The notes under the pieces are model-generated. The model made no database searches, had not been told where the DNA came from, and saw only the letters and a program-made list of their open reading frames with translations. A program made the position numbers and the translations under genes. A DNA stretch of 64,000 nt from Eledone cirrhosa (lineage: Eukaryota). Location of the stretch: positions 371,752,001-371,816,000 of the forward strand of contig OZ024742.1 of NCBI GenBank assembly GCA_964016885.1. Direction: 5' to 3'. Within the stretch, counting starts at the first letter, position 1; the number at the start of each line of letters is the position of its first letter. Of this stretch, positions 43,861-55,400 are shown in pieces.

Positions 43861-44363
43861 TAAGTCGACAGGTTAAAATTAACCTTGTTTATTCATATTT
43901 GCTGTTATATATATTTCGGTGATAACCATTATTCAACAGCTATAACCTTATCAGACAGAAGTTGAATAGGAAAATAGAAAAGCATAATAATGGAACAAAG
44001 TTTACCTCCATTATTTTAATTTTTTGAGGGCGGTGGATTGGCAGTATCGGTAGAGGGTCGGACGCCATGCTTTCCAGCATAGTTACGTCCCTTTACGATC
44101 TGAGTTCAAATCCCGCCGAGGTTGACTTTGCCTTTCATCCTTACGGGGTCGATAAAATAAAGTACCAGTAATGCACTGGGTAATTGCTGGCCTTGTGCCA
44201 AAAGTAGAAACAATTATTTTAATTTTTTGATATACCCAGTGTCAAAGTATGGTGTTGTTTTCTCAAAGAACTGATGAGGTTATAGCTGTTGAATAATGGT
44301 TATCACTGAAATATATATATATCAGCGAATATGAAATAAACGATGTTAATTTTAAACTGTTGA

Positions 44364-44367
<4 letters not shown>
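43861..44367. mobile_element. MITE-like element with ~95-bp terminal inverted repeats
   Basis: 43861-43954 (TAAGTCGACAGGTTAAAATTAAC...GATAACCATTATTCAACAGCTATAACCTTATCAG) is the near-perfect reverse complement of 44271-44367. The termini are TA, the right end abuts (TA)n, and there is no ORF. Confidence 0.8.
44028..44212 (+). mobile_element. tRNA-derived SINE nested in the MITE, with an 18-bp target-site duplication
   Basis: A-box-like TGGCAGTATCGG, B-box-like GAGTTCAAATCC and body TTGACTTTGCCTTTCATCCTTACGGGGTCGATAAAATAAAGTACCAG. Flanked by the direct repeat ATTATTTTAATTTTTTGA at 44010-44027 and 44213-44230. Confidence 0.9.
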
Positions 44368-44402
<35 letters not shown>

Positions 44403-44406
<4 letters not shown>

Positions 44407-45148
44407 GAAGTATGTTTGGAATGCAGCGAGTGAAGTTTAGAATAGAAATAAAAGTTTCACCGTAACTGACTAAATAATATAAATGAACTAAGTGAGAAAT
44501 TAGATATAAGAGGGATCAGATGCTGTTTACTCGAGAGAAGACTACGTTGGTATGGTCACGTGATGTGCATGAAAGACGACAGCTGTATAAAAAAGTGCAG
44601 GGCGATTAAAATTGATGGAAGCTACGGAGTAGGTAGACCCAGAAAAACCTGGGATGATTTGATAAATTCTGACCTTATACACTTACACCTCTCTAAGACA
44701 ATGTCACTGGACTGAGATCTTTGGTGCTATGCAGTAATACAGAAGACCCGCCTTGCCTAAGTACAAAGTGAAACCTAGAGTCAGTAGGCACCTCCTAACC
44801 AAAAATACACCCCCATCCCACTACCCCTACCCACACCCATCTACACCACCCATTTCTCTGTAAAGTTATGTTGGTGCCACAACATCGAGTCCTAAATAAA
44901 TGAGGTCGTGTAGTTGTCACGACAAAAAAAAACACAGTCCACGCTGTAATGTGGTTGTGTAGGTAACACGGTAAAAACCTCCCAGTCCACACTGTAAACG
45001 TGGTTGGTGTTAGTAAGGGCATCCAACCGTAGAAAACCTGCCAGACAGTCCCATACGAGTGAGAAAACCAGTCTTGCCTCAAGTAGGACAACTCTAAACC
45101 CATGCTAGCGTGGAAGATAGACGTTAAACAATGATGATGATGATGATG
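44403..45148 (+). mobile_element. RTE LINE 3' fragment with 3'UTR and (GAT)n tail
   Basis: GIRCCLLERRLRWYGHV...GRPRKTWD, then 3'UTR (ACACTGTAAA...GGCATCCA...CCATGCTAGCGTGGAA) and tail ATGATGATGATGATGATGA at ~45130-45148. Confidence 0.9.
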
Positions 45149-45197
45149 AATGGCGTATATAAACCCACTAAATGGAAAAAGATGGGTATCAACACAT

Positions 45198-46372
45198 ATC
45201 ATCATCATCATCATCATCATCAACGTTTAACGTCCGTGTTCCACGCTTGCATGGGTTTGGACGGGGGTAGTCCCACTTGAGGCAAGAGTGATTGTCTTGC
45301 TCGCATAGGACTGTCTGGCAGGTTTTCTACAGTTGGATGCCCTTCCTAACACCAACCACATTTACAGTGTGGGTCTGGGAGGTTTTTACCGTGTTGCCTA
45401 CACGGCCACATTACAGTGTGGACTGTGTGTTTTTTTGTCGTGACACCTACACGATCTCATTTGTTTCGGCCTCGATGGCGCGGCACCAACATAACTTTAC
45501 ATAGAACGGGGTGGTGTGGATCGGGTGGGGGTGGTGGTGGTGGGACGGGGTGTATTTTGTTAGAGATGCCTACTGGCTGGAGTAGGTTTTACTATATATT
45601 TAGGTAAGGCGGGTCTTCTCTGTTACTGAGTACCGCCAAAGGTCTCGGTCCAGTGACATTGTCTTGGAGAGGTGTAAGTGTGTGATGTCGGAGTTTATCA
45701 GCTCGTCCCAGGTTTTTCTAGGTCTGCCTATTCCGTGACTACCGTCTATCTTTATTGCCCTGCACTTTGTTATACAGCTATCGACTTTCATGCGCATCAC
45801 GTGTCCATACCAACGTAGCCTTCTCTCGAGTAAACAACATCTGATCCCTCTTATCTCTAATTTTTTCCTTAGTTCGTTTATGCTTTGCCGTTCACGTATA
45901 TTACTGTTACACATCCAGCGGAGCATGCAAGCTTCGTTCCTCTCTAGTCTGCGTATATCCTCTGCACACAATGCCCAGGTCTCACTGCCATGCAGCATTG
46001 CTGTTCGTATGCAGGCATCGTACAACCTGCCTTTCATTTTTAGTGAGAACCCTTTAGCAGCTAATAGTGGTATAAGCTCTCTGAACTTTTTCCAACCAGT
46101 TCTGACTCTAGCTACAGTACTTTCAGAGCACCCTCCCCCACTGCTGATTTTATCGCCCAGGTAACGGAAGCTGTCCACTATTTCTATAGAACCCTCTGCG
46201 CAATTGAAAGAGCTAGTAGTTTGTGGGCACTTGCTGCTACTTATTGCACCAGAGCACCGGCCACATGTAAAATCTATGTTCTTAGTTAGCTTACCTGTGA
46301 TCCCACTACATCTTTTATGCACCCATACTTTGCATTTAGGACATAAAATGGAGTTTCTACCTACGCCTTTCC
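45198..46372 (-). mobile_element. 5'-truncated RTE LINE (PHD-like finger remnant, RT C-terminus, 3'UTR, tail)
   Basis: ORF 45600-46448 reads SILCPKCKVWVHKRCSG...FRYLG...MLHGSETW...RLRWYGHVMR...GRPRKTW. (CAT)n tail at 45198-45221; truncated at (TA)n 46373-46398. Confidence 0.93.
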
Positions 46373-47099
46373 TATATATATATATATATATATATATATT
46401 CTTCAAGAGATAAGACACACTTGATTCTGAAAGGCTAAAATGAATCACTAGAGCTGCTAAACCATGTTCCAGCCCTCCATATATATCTTCCAGCTATGCT
46501 TCTATTTCCCAATTGCAAATGTTCCGCTCACACTTTTATTAGTATTATTGTTGTATTTATCATTTCACTAGCCTCCACAACACATATTTATTTTTTTCCT
46601 CATGCTGCCACTATGACTGTCTCTCTACCAAGTCATCTACTCCCTTCCTCTCTCTTACATTATTATTATTATTATTGTTGTATTTATCATTTCGCTGTCT
46701 CTACAAAGTCATCTACTCTCTTTGAAATCCTAACATTTCGCCTTGTCTAATATAGGTACTCATATTGGTTTATTTTGCCCTAGATGCTATAAGCAATGAT
46801 GGCTACCTATCTCACAATTTCCCTCCTGCCCACCCCCTCACACCACCATAGCCTATTCAACCAATCAAACCTCAGCATGCCCCCCTCACCCACTACCAAC
46901 CCCAACAAACCCTGCCATTTCTACTACTACCTACCTCTCTCCTCCCCCGTCCCAGCCCAACACACCCTGCCATTATTACCACCACCACTATTCTTCTAGC
47001 CCTGAATTTTCCTACCGTTATGTATGGATGAGCTGAGAATAAATGGAGCAACCCTGAATTAATAAATGAATATGAATCCGCGAGCTACCAAGCACCCAT

Positions 47100-49944
47100 G
47101 TGAAGCTTCAATTCAGAGACAGGAAGCATACACACACCCCTGCAAAAATCTACCCTTTCCCATGAATGTTGACAAATGCCAAAAACTCCATCAATGTAAG
47201 CACACTGAAAGGAAGAGCAGGAGAAATCGTAGAAATGCTAGAGCGAAAGGAAATTGATGTATGCTGTGTGCATGAGACTAGATGGAGAGGAGAGTCTGCT
47301 AGAGTCCTTATAGGAAAAAGTCAGTGCTACAAATTTTTCTGGGTGGGAAATGACGATGGGATGGGTGGTGTAGGTATCCTACTAGCTGACGAACCTGGAA
47401 ACAGAAGCCAACCTGGAGAAGAAAGATCTGGAAGCTGCAAGACCCCTCAACCAGTAACAGATTTAAAGATATTTTGCTCAACGCCTATGACAGTAAAGAA
47501 GAACAGATAGAGACATTCAATGTAGAAGAACACTGGGAGTTCCTAAAAAATAACTTACTAGAGGCGACGGATGAGATCTGTGGCTGGAGTAAGACCACAG
47601 GCAGGAGGAGAGTAACTTGGTGGTGGAACAATAAGGTAGATGAGGCAGTTAAGGACAAGAGACAGGCATGGAAAGAATGGAAGAACGGGGGAAGCAGGGT
47701 ACATTACATAGAGACCAGGAGGGAAGCTAGGCGACAAGTATACTTAGCTAGAAGGGAAGCAGAGGATAGAAAATTCAAGCATGTTTTGCAATGTGAGGAC
47801 CAGAAACAGGAGGTGTTCAAGATTGCGAGGCAGTGTGTCAGAGAGAATTGTGATGTCATTGGAGAGAAGTGTATCCAGAATGATAAAGGTGAGCTTGCTC
47901 TCACAAGTGCTGAGAAGAAAGATGCGTGGAAGAGCCATTATGATAGATTACTAAATGAGGAGAATGCATGGGAAGAAGACACCCTACCCCAAGTAGACCC
48001 TATAAAGGGGTCAGCAGCAGCGTAGTAAGTAAGGCAATCAAAGATATGAAGACGGAGAAGGCAATTGGTCCATCGGGTGTAGCTGCCGAGATGCTGAAGG
48101 CATCTGGGTCTGTAGGTCACACTATAACCACACGTATTGTTAACCAGGTAATACTAGGTGTCATACCAAAAGATTGGTGCAGTAGCATCATTGTCAACTG
48201 TTACAAAGGTAAATGTGATGCACTAGATAGAGGAAACTATAGAGGTATAAAGCTGATGGACCAGATCATGAAAGTAACAGAAAGAGTTATAGCACAGTTG
48301 ATTAGGGACCGGGTGAAACTAGATGAGATGCAATTTGGGTTTGTGCCAGGAAGAGGCACCACTGATGCCCTCTTCCTTGTGAGCCAGTTACAGGAAAAGT
48401 ACCTAGCTAAAAGTAAGCCACTCTACCTGGCATTCGTCAATCTCGAGAAAGCCTTTGACAGAGTTGCCCGTGCTATAATCTGGTGGGCTCTTAGAAAACT
48501 AGGAGTAGATGAATGGCTTGTGAAAGCTGTACAAGCCATGTATAGGGGAGCAGTCAGCGAAGTTAGGATTAGCAATGACTATAGCGAGGAATTTGGCGTA
48601 CAGATCGGTGTCCACCAGGGCTCTGTTCTTAGCCCTCTCCTGTTCATCATAGTCCTGCAGGCAATAACGGAGGAGTTTTAAGACCGGATGCCCATGGGAA
48701 CTCCTGTATGCAGATGACCTCGCACTTATAGCTGAATCTATGGTAGAACTAGAGAAGAAATTCCAAACTTGGAAGCAGGGACTAGAGAGAAAGGGTCAAC
48801 CTGACAAAGACTAAGGTCCTTGTAAGTAGACGAGAAAACAGAACCCAGATCCCCTCAGGGAAATGGCCTTGCTCACTATGTAGGAAAGGTGTAGGTAAGA
48901 ACTCCATCCTTTGCCCCAAATGCAAACAATGGGTACACAAGAGATGTAGCGGGATCTCAGGAAGCTTAACTAAGAATGTAGGCTTCACATGTAGCAGCTG
49001 TGCTGGGACAGCAAGCAGTAAACTCTGGGAGGGCTCTGTAGAAACAGTAGACAGCTTCTACTACCTAGGTGCCCGAATTAGCAGCGGAGGTGGGTGTTCG
49101 GAAAGTACAATAACTAGGGTAAGAATGGGATGGAAGAAGTTCAGGGAGCTACTGCCACTGCTAGCTGTAAAAGGCTTTTCCCTCAAAATGAAAAGCAGAC
49201 TGTATGATGTGTGTATACGAACAGCAATGTTACATGGTAGTGAGACCTGGGCGCTGAAGGTGGAAGACTTACGTAGATTAGAAAGAAATGAAGCCTGCAT
49301 GCTCCGATGGATGTGTAATAGTAACATACGCGAACGACAAAGCATAAATGAATTGAGAGAGAGACTGAGCATAAGAGGAATCAAATGCTGTGTGCAGGAG
49401 AGGCAGTTGCATCGGTATGGACATGTGATGCGTATGAAGGATGACAGCTGCATAAAAAGGTGCAGAGCACTAGAAGTCAATGGAAACCGCGGAGTGGGGA
49501 GACCCAAGAAGACCTGGGATGAGGTGATAAAAGCCGACCTTACCCAATTACACCTCTCAAAAGCGATGACACACGACCGTGACCTCTGGTGTCACGCAGT
49601 AATACAGATGACCCGACGCCCCCACGGGTACCAGCCGAAGCTGAAGCATATAGACAATATGTCCCCACACCCTCCCACTGCAAAGTGGTCGTGGAGGTGC
49701 CACGGCAAAAAAGCACCCAGCCCACACTGTAAAGTGGATATGTAGGCGCCACGGAAAAAAAGCACCCCGCACTCACTGTAAATGAGGTTGGTGTTAGGAA
49801 GGGCATCCAGCTGTAGAAATCAAGCCAGAATCAGTTCCCGTATGAGCAAGGCATGGTCAGCCGACCGGACACTGCCCACAACAGGACAACCCGTCTAACC
49901 CATGCTAGCGTGGAAGAACGGATGTCAAACGGTGATGATGATGA

Positions 49945-49947
<3 letters not shown>
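47100..49947 (+). mobile_element. Near-full-length but inactivated RTE-clade LINE (APE endonuclease N-terminus, internal deletion, RT, PHD-like insert, 3'UTR, tail); 5' end approximate
   Basis: NVSTLKGR...DVCCVHETRW...GVGILL (APE); NYRGIKL, QFGFVPGRGTTDA, FVNLEKAFDRV, GVHQGSVLSPLLF and YADD at 48707-48718 (RT). Frameshifts occur near 48020 and 48678. (GAT)n tail at ~49933-49947. Confidence 0.93.
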
Positions 49948-49980
<33 letters not shown>

Positions 49981-50240
49981 TCATCATCATTTTTCTTCCA
50001 CGCTGGGATGAGGTGATAAAAGCCGACCATACCCAATTACACCGCTCAACGACTGACACACGACCGTTTCAGGAGGTTTGGTATCTAAAGGGTTCAAATT
50101 TTTCCCAAATCAGAGTTGCTTTTTGTTTCTCTGCCTGATAAAAAGTCAAATCTTACTTAGTTTACATGTGATGCTACATTAAATACCTTCAGTAGACTTT
50201 ACATCAGATATCTACATGTGATGTAAGAAACTACAGTTTA

Positions 50241-50410
50241 ATAATGGTTTCTGATTTAGGCACAAGCCAACAATTTTGGAGGAGGGGAAAGTCGATTAAA
50301 TCGATCCCAATGCATTACTTGTACTTTATTTTATTGACCCCGTAAGGATGAAAGGCAAAGTTAACCTCAGCGGGATTTGAACTTAGAAAGTAAAGGGACG
50401 TAACTATGCT
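50241..50410 (-). mobile_element. SINE copy (head missing), same family as 44028-44212
   Basis: GACCCCGTAAGGATGAAAGGCAAAGTTAACCTCAGCGGGATTTGAAC...GGGACGTAACTATGCT is the reverse complement of the nested SINE. Confidence 0.88.
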
Positions 50411-50513
50411 ATAATAATTGTTTCTACGTTAGGCACAAGGCCAGCAATTACCCAGTGCATTACTGGTACTTTATTTTATCGACCCCGTAAGGATGAAAGG
50501 CAAAACTCAGAAT
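50411..50513 (-). mobile_element. Second adjacent SINE 3' fragment
   Basis: GGCACAAGGCCAGCAATTACCCAGTGCATTACTGGTACTTTATTTTATCGACCCCGTAAGGATGAAAGGCAAA is the reverse complement of ~44127-44199. Confidence 0.88.
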
Positions 50514-50654
50514 GCCGTGAGAATGCTAAATGTTTCCAAATTCTTGATTATTTTCAAAATTATTTGAAAATCATATGAAGTGTCTTTCATTAGAAATATG
50601 GTAGCTAAAAACCCCAGTGTACAATAAATAATGGCTCAGTTGTACATGATGGGT

Positions 50655-50832
50655 CTAGTGTTTATGATGTCATGAGTTTATGATGCCATATGTTTATGAT
50701 ACCATGTGTGTTCATCATGTCATGTATTTATGATGCCATGTGTACTTATGATGTCATGTTTATGATGTGCTTATGATGTTGTTTTGTGTTTATGATTTGT
50801 CTCTGAGTCATAAGTTTTTTATGATGTCTCAT
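50655..50832. repeat. Degenerate ~17-20-bp minisatellite (TTTATGATGYCATGTGT-like)
   Basis: About nine TATGATG-cored imperfect units just upstream of the exon acceptor. Confidence 0.7.
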
Positions 50833-50885
50833 ATTTCACAGCTTTCAGGCTACATCTTATCACAATGGTCCCACTGTAATTACAG

Positions 50886-51038
50886 GTATTTGAAGAAACT
50901 GGATTCAACATTAGTAAATTCATCAACTCCAATGACTATTTTGAGAACCAAATGAATGACCAACTAACCCGACTTTATATCATCGCTGGTGTTTCTCTGG
51001 ACACCGAATTTCAGACCAAAACTCGTAAAGAAATAAAA
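50886..51038 (+). CDS. DCP2: DCP2 coding exon: VFEETGFNISKFINSNDYFENQMNDQLTRLYIIAGVSLDTEFQTKTRKEIK (second half of the Nudix box); missed by the ORF track
   Basis: TACAG|GTA ... AAA|GTAAGC, 153 bp, phase 0/0. It completes REVFEETGF and contains RLYII and TRKEI. Confidence 0.95.
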
Positions 51039-51061
51039 GTAAGCTACTACTTGTTGTTCTT

Positions 51062-51170
51062 AGGTAGAGCGTCAGAATTGGTAGAACAATGGATAATATG
51101 CTAATGTGGTGTTCTGGCCCTTTATATTCTGAGTTCAACTTCTGCCATGATCAACTTTGTCTTTCATTCT
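51062..51170 (+). mobile_element. Degenerate SINE head/body that seeds the 28-bp array
   Basis: CAGAATTGGTAGA...CTGAGTTCAACTTCTGCC...ACTTTGTCTTTCATTCTTCTGGGGTTGATAAAATA aligns by eye to the 44028-44212 SINE. Confidence 0.8.
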
Positions 51171-51692
51171 TCTGGGGTTGATAAAATACCAGTCAAGTAC
51201 TGGGGTTGATAAAATACCAGTCAAGTACTGGAGTTGATAAAATACCAGTCAAGTACTGGGGTTGATAAAATACCAGTCAAGTACTGGGGTTGATATAATA
51301 CCAGTCAAGTACTGGGGTTGATAAAATACCAGTCAAGTACTGGGGTTGATAAAATACCAGTCAAGTACTGGGGTTGATATAATACCAGTCAAGTACTGGG
51401 GTTGATATAATACCAGTCAAGTACTGGAGTTGATATAATACCAGTCAAGTACTGGGGTTGATATAATTCCAGTCAAGTACTGGGGTTGATATAATACCAG
51501 TCAAGTACTGGGGTTGATATAATACCAGTCAAGTACTGGGGTTGATATAATACCAGTCAAGTACTGGGGTTGATATAATACCAGTCAAGTACTGGGGTTG
51601 ATATAATACCAGTCAAGTACTGGGGTTGATATAATACCAGTCAGGTACTGGGGTTGATATAATACCAGTCAAGTACTGGGGTTGATATAATA
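51171..51692 (+). repeat. 28-bp tandem repeat (~18 copies) TGGGGTTGATAWAATACCAGTCAAGTAC, SINE-derived
   Basis: 28-bp period seen directly; homologous to SINE GGGGTCGATAAAATAAAGTACCAGTAATGCACTGGG. Confidence 0.93.
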
Positions 51693-51940
51693 AACTTTGC
51701 TCTTCCTCCAAATTTGTTGACCTAAAGCTTAAATCAGAAATCAACATATTGGTGGAATAATTGGTTGTCATAAATTCATGGGTTTGATTTCTGGATTGGA
51801 TGTTGTGTTCTTGTTTTATTTTACAATGGAAGCACTGGGGTCTCTACCATGATAACACCTAAGAAACCTCTTCCTAGGACTTACACACTGTGAGGACAGT
51901 TGAGTTTGGCTGAAGATATGACAACCTCTCTAGTGTACAC

Positions 51941-52293
51941 AGTACATCCTGTAAAGTGGTAGTGCTGGTGACATAAAATACACCAAGTACACCCTGTAAA
52001 GTGGTAGTGCTGGTGACATGATAAAATACACCAAGTACACCCTGTAAAGTGGTAGTGCTGGTGACATGATAAAAGCACCTGGTGCACTCTGTAAAGTGGT
52101 AGTGCTGGTGCCGTGATAGAAGCACCTGGTGCACTCTGTAAAGTGGCTATTAGGAAGGGTGTCCAGTTATAGAAGCCATGCTAAAATATGGAACATAGCA
52201 AATTGTGGTTCCCTATCCAGTCTTGTCTTTGACTGTGACAATCAGTTAAAGCCATGCTAGTATAGAACACAAACATAACATGATGATGATGAT
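51941..52293 (+). mobile_element. RTE 3'UTR-type fragment with 4-5 tandem copies of a 45-48-bp motif and a (GAT)n tail
   Basis: CTGTAAAGTGG recurs at ~51949, 51994, 52042, 52089 and 52136, followed by TTAGGAAGGG...CCATGCTAG...TGATGATGATGAT as in the LINE 3'UTR at 49670-49947. Confidence 0.8.
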
Positions 52294-52327
52294 ATAAAAG
52301 ATAATCTCTTCTTTCTCTTCCCTCTAG

Positions 52328-52440
52328 TGTATGCAGTGGTTCCCTGTCGATGCTCTGCCAGCTCATAAAAAAGACCAAACATGTCGTTCACAACTCAACA
52401 TGAACTCAAACAACTTCTTTACCATCATTCCATTCATCAA
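52328..52440 (+). CDS. DCP2: DCP2 coding exon: CMQWFPVDALPAHKKDQTCRSQLNMNSNNFFTIIPFI(K) (end of Nudix / BoxB region)
   Basis: CCCTCTAG|TGT ... AA|GTATGT, 113 bp, phase 0/2. Contains the WF-x4-LP-x-H and N-x-FF-x-x-IPF motifs of Dcp2. Confidence 0.92.
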
Positions 52441-52492
52441 GTATGTTTCTCATTTCTCTTTTCACTCCTCATATTCTCTTCCTCGTTATTTC

Positions 52493-55400
52493 CAGCATAG
52501 CCCATTGGTTAGTGTGTTGGACTTGACAATTACAAGGTTGTGGGTTAAATTTCTAGACCAGACAGCATGGCCCATTGGTTAGTGTGTTGGACTTGACAAT
52601 TACAAGGTTGTGGGTTAAATTTCTAGACCAGACAGTATGGCCCATTGGTTAGTGTGTTGGACTTGACAATTACAAGGTTGTGGGTTCAATTTCTAGACCA
52701 GACAGCATGGCCCATTGGTTAGTGTGTTGGAATTGACAATTACAAGGTTGTGGGTTCAATTTCTAGACCAGACAGCATGGCCCATTGGTTAGTGTGTTGG
52801 ACTTGACAATTACAAGGTTGTGGGTTCAATTTCTAGACCAGACAGCATGGCCCATTGGTTAGTGTGTTGGAATTAACAATTACAAGGTTGTGGGTTCAAT
52901 TTCTAGACCAGACAGCATGGCCCATTGGTTAGTGTGTTGGACTTGACAATTACTAGGTCGTGGGTTCAATTTCTAGACCAAACAGCATGGCCCATTGGTT
53001 AGTGTGTTGGACTTGACAATTACAAGGTTGTGGGTTAAATTTCTAGACCAGACAGTATGGCCCATTGGTTAGTGTGTTGGACTTGACAATTACAAGGTTA
53101 TGGGTTCAATTTCTAGACCAGACAGCATGGCCCATTGGTTAGTGTGTTGGACTTGACAATTACAAGGTCGTGAGTTGAATTTCTAGACCAGACAGCATGG
53201 CCCATTGGTTAGTGTGTTGGACTTGACAATTACAGGGTTGTGGGTTCAATTTCTAGACCAGACAGCATGGCCCATTGGTTAGTGTGTTGGACTTGACAAT
53301 TACAAGGTTGTGGGTTCAATTTCTAGACCAGACAGCATGGCCCATTGGTTAGTGTGTTGGACTTGAGAATTACAAGGTTGTGGGTTCAATTTCTAGACCA
53401 GACAGCATTGTCCATTGGTTAGTGTGTTGGACTTGACAATTACAAGGTTGTGGGTTCAATTTCTAGACCAGACAACATGGCCCATTGGTTAGTGTGTTCG
53501 ACTTGACAATTACAAGGTTGTGGGTTCAATTTCTAGACCAGACAGCATGGCCCATTGGTTAGTGTGTTCGACTTGACAATTACAAGGTTGTGGGTTCAAT
53601 TTCTAGACCAGACAGCATTTCCATTGGTTAGTGAGTTGGACTTGACAATTACAAGGTTGTGGGTTCAATTTCTAGACCAGACAGCATGGCCCATTGGTTA
53701 GTGTGTTGGACTTGACAATTACAAGGTCGTGAGTTGAATCTCTAGACCAGACAGCATTGTCCATTGGTTAGTGTGTTGGACTTGACAATTACAAGGTTGT
53801 GGATTCAATTTCTAGACCAGACAGTATGGCCCATTGGTTAGTGTGTTGGACTTGACAATTACAAGGTTATGGGTTCAATTTCTAGACCAGACAGCATGGC
53901 CCATTGGTTAGTGTGTTGGACTTGACAATTACAAGGTCGTGAGTTGAATTTCTAGACCAGACAGCATGGCCCATTGGTTAGTGTGTTGGACTTGACAATT
54001 ACAGGGTTGTGGGTTCAATTTCTATACCAGACAGCATGGCCCATTGGTTAGTGTGTTGGACTTGACAATTACAAGGTTGTGGGTTCAATTTCTAGACCAG
54101 ACAGCATGGCCCATTGGTTAGTGTGTTCGACTTGACAATTACAAGGTTGTGGGTTCAATTTTTAGACCAGCCAGCATGGTCCATTGGTTAGTGTGTTGGA
54201 CTTGACAATTACAAGGTTGTGGGTTCAATTTCTAGACCAGACAGCATGGCCCATTGGTTAGTGTGTTGGACTTAACAATTACAAGGGTGTGGGTTCTATT
54301 TCTAGACCAGACAGCATGGCCCATTGGTTAGTGTGTTGGACTTGACAATTACAAGGTTGTGGGTTAAATTTCTAGACCAGACAGTATGGCCCATTGGTTA
54401 GTGTGTTGGACTTGACAATTACAAGGTTGTGGGTTCAATTTCTAGACCAGACAGCATGGCCCATTGGTTAGTGTGTTGGACTTGACAATTACAAGGTTGT
54501 GGGTTAAATTTCTAGACCAGACAGTATGGCCCATTGGTTAGTGTGTTGGACTTGACAATTACAAGGTTATGGGTTCAATTTCTAGACCAGACAGCATGGC
54601 CCATTGGTTAGTGTGTTAGACTTGACAATTACAAGGTCGTGAGTTGAATTTCTAGACCAGACAGCATGGCCCATTGGTTAGTGTGTTGGACTTGACAATT
54701 ACAGGGTTGTGGGTTCAATTTCTAGACCAGACAGCATGGCCCATTGGTTAGTGTGTTGGACTTGACAATTACAAGGTTGTGGGTTCAATTTCTAGACCAG
54801 ACAGCATGGCCCGTTGGTTAGTGTGTTGGACTTGACAATTACAAGGTTGTGGGTTCAATTTCTAGACCAGACAGCATTGTCCATTGGTTAGTGTGTTGGA
54901 CTTGACAATTACAAGGTTGTGGGTTCAATTTCTAGACCAGACAGCATGGCCCATTGGTTAGTGTGTTCGACTTGACAATTACAAGGTTGTGGGTTCAATT
55001 TCTAGACCAGACAGCATGGTCCATTGGTTAGTGTGTTGGACTTGACAATTACAAGGTTGTGGGTTCAATTTCTAGACCAGACAGCATGGCCCATTGGTTA
55101 GTGTGTTGGACTTGACAATTACAAGGTTATGGGTTCAATTTCTAGACCAGACAGCATGGCCCATTGGTTAGTGTGTTGAACTTGACAATTACAAGGTCTT
55201 GAGTTGAATTTCTAGACCAGACAGCATGGCCCATTGGTTAGTGTGTTGGACTTGACAATTACAAGGTTATGGGTTCAATTTCTAGACCAGACAGCATGGC
55301 CCATTGGTTAGTGTGTTGGACTTGACAATTACAAGGTCGTGAGTTGAATTTCTAGACCAGACAGCATGGCCCATTGGTTAGTGTGTTGGACTTGACAATT

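Noticed and set aside
46496-46999. Short ORFs of 84 aa and 67 aa
   Set aside because: Low-complexity sequence with no recognisable motif; possibly LINE 5' region or plain intron.
47100-49947. Active autonomous LINE
   Set aside because: Most of the endonuclease is deleted and the RT has several frameshifts and stops.
51171-51692. CRISPR-like array (28-bp repeats)
   Set aside because: There are no unique spacers and no cas genes, the context is a eukaryotic intron, and the unit is SINE-derived. The other arrays also lack spacers.
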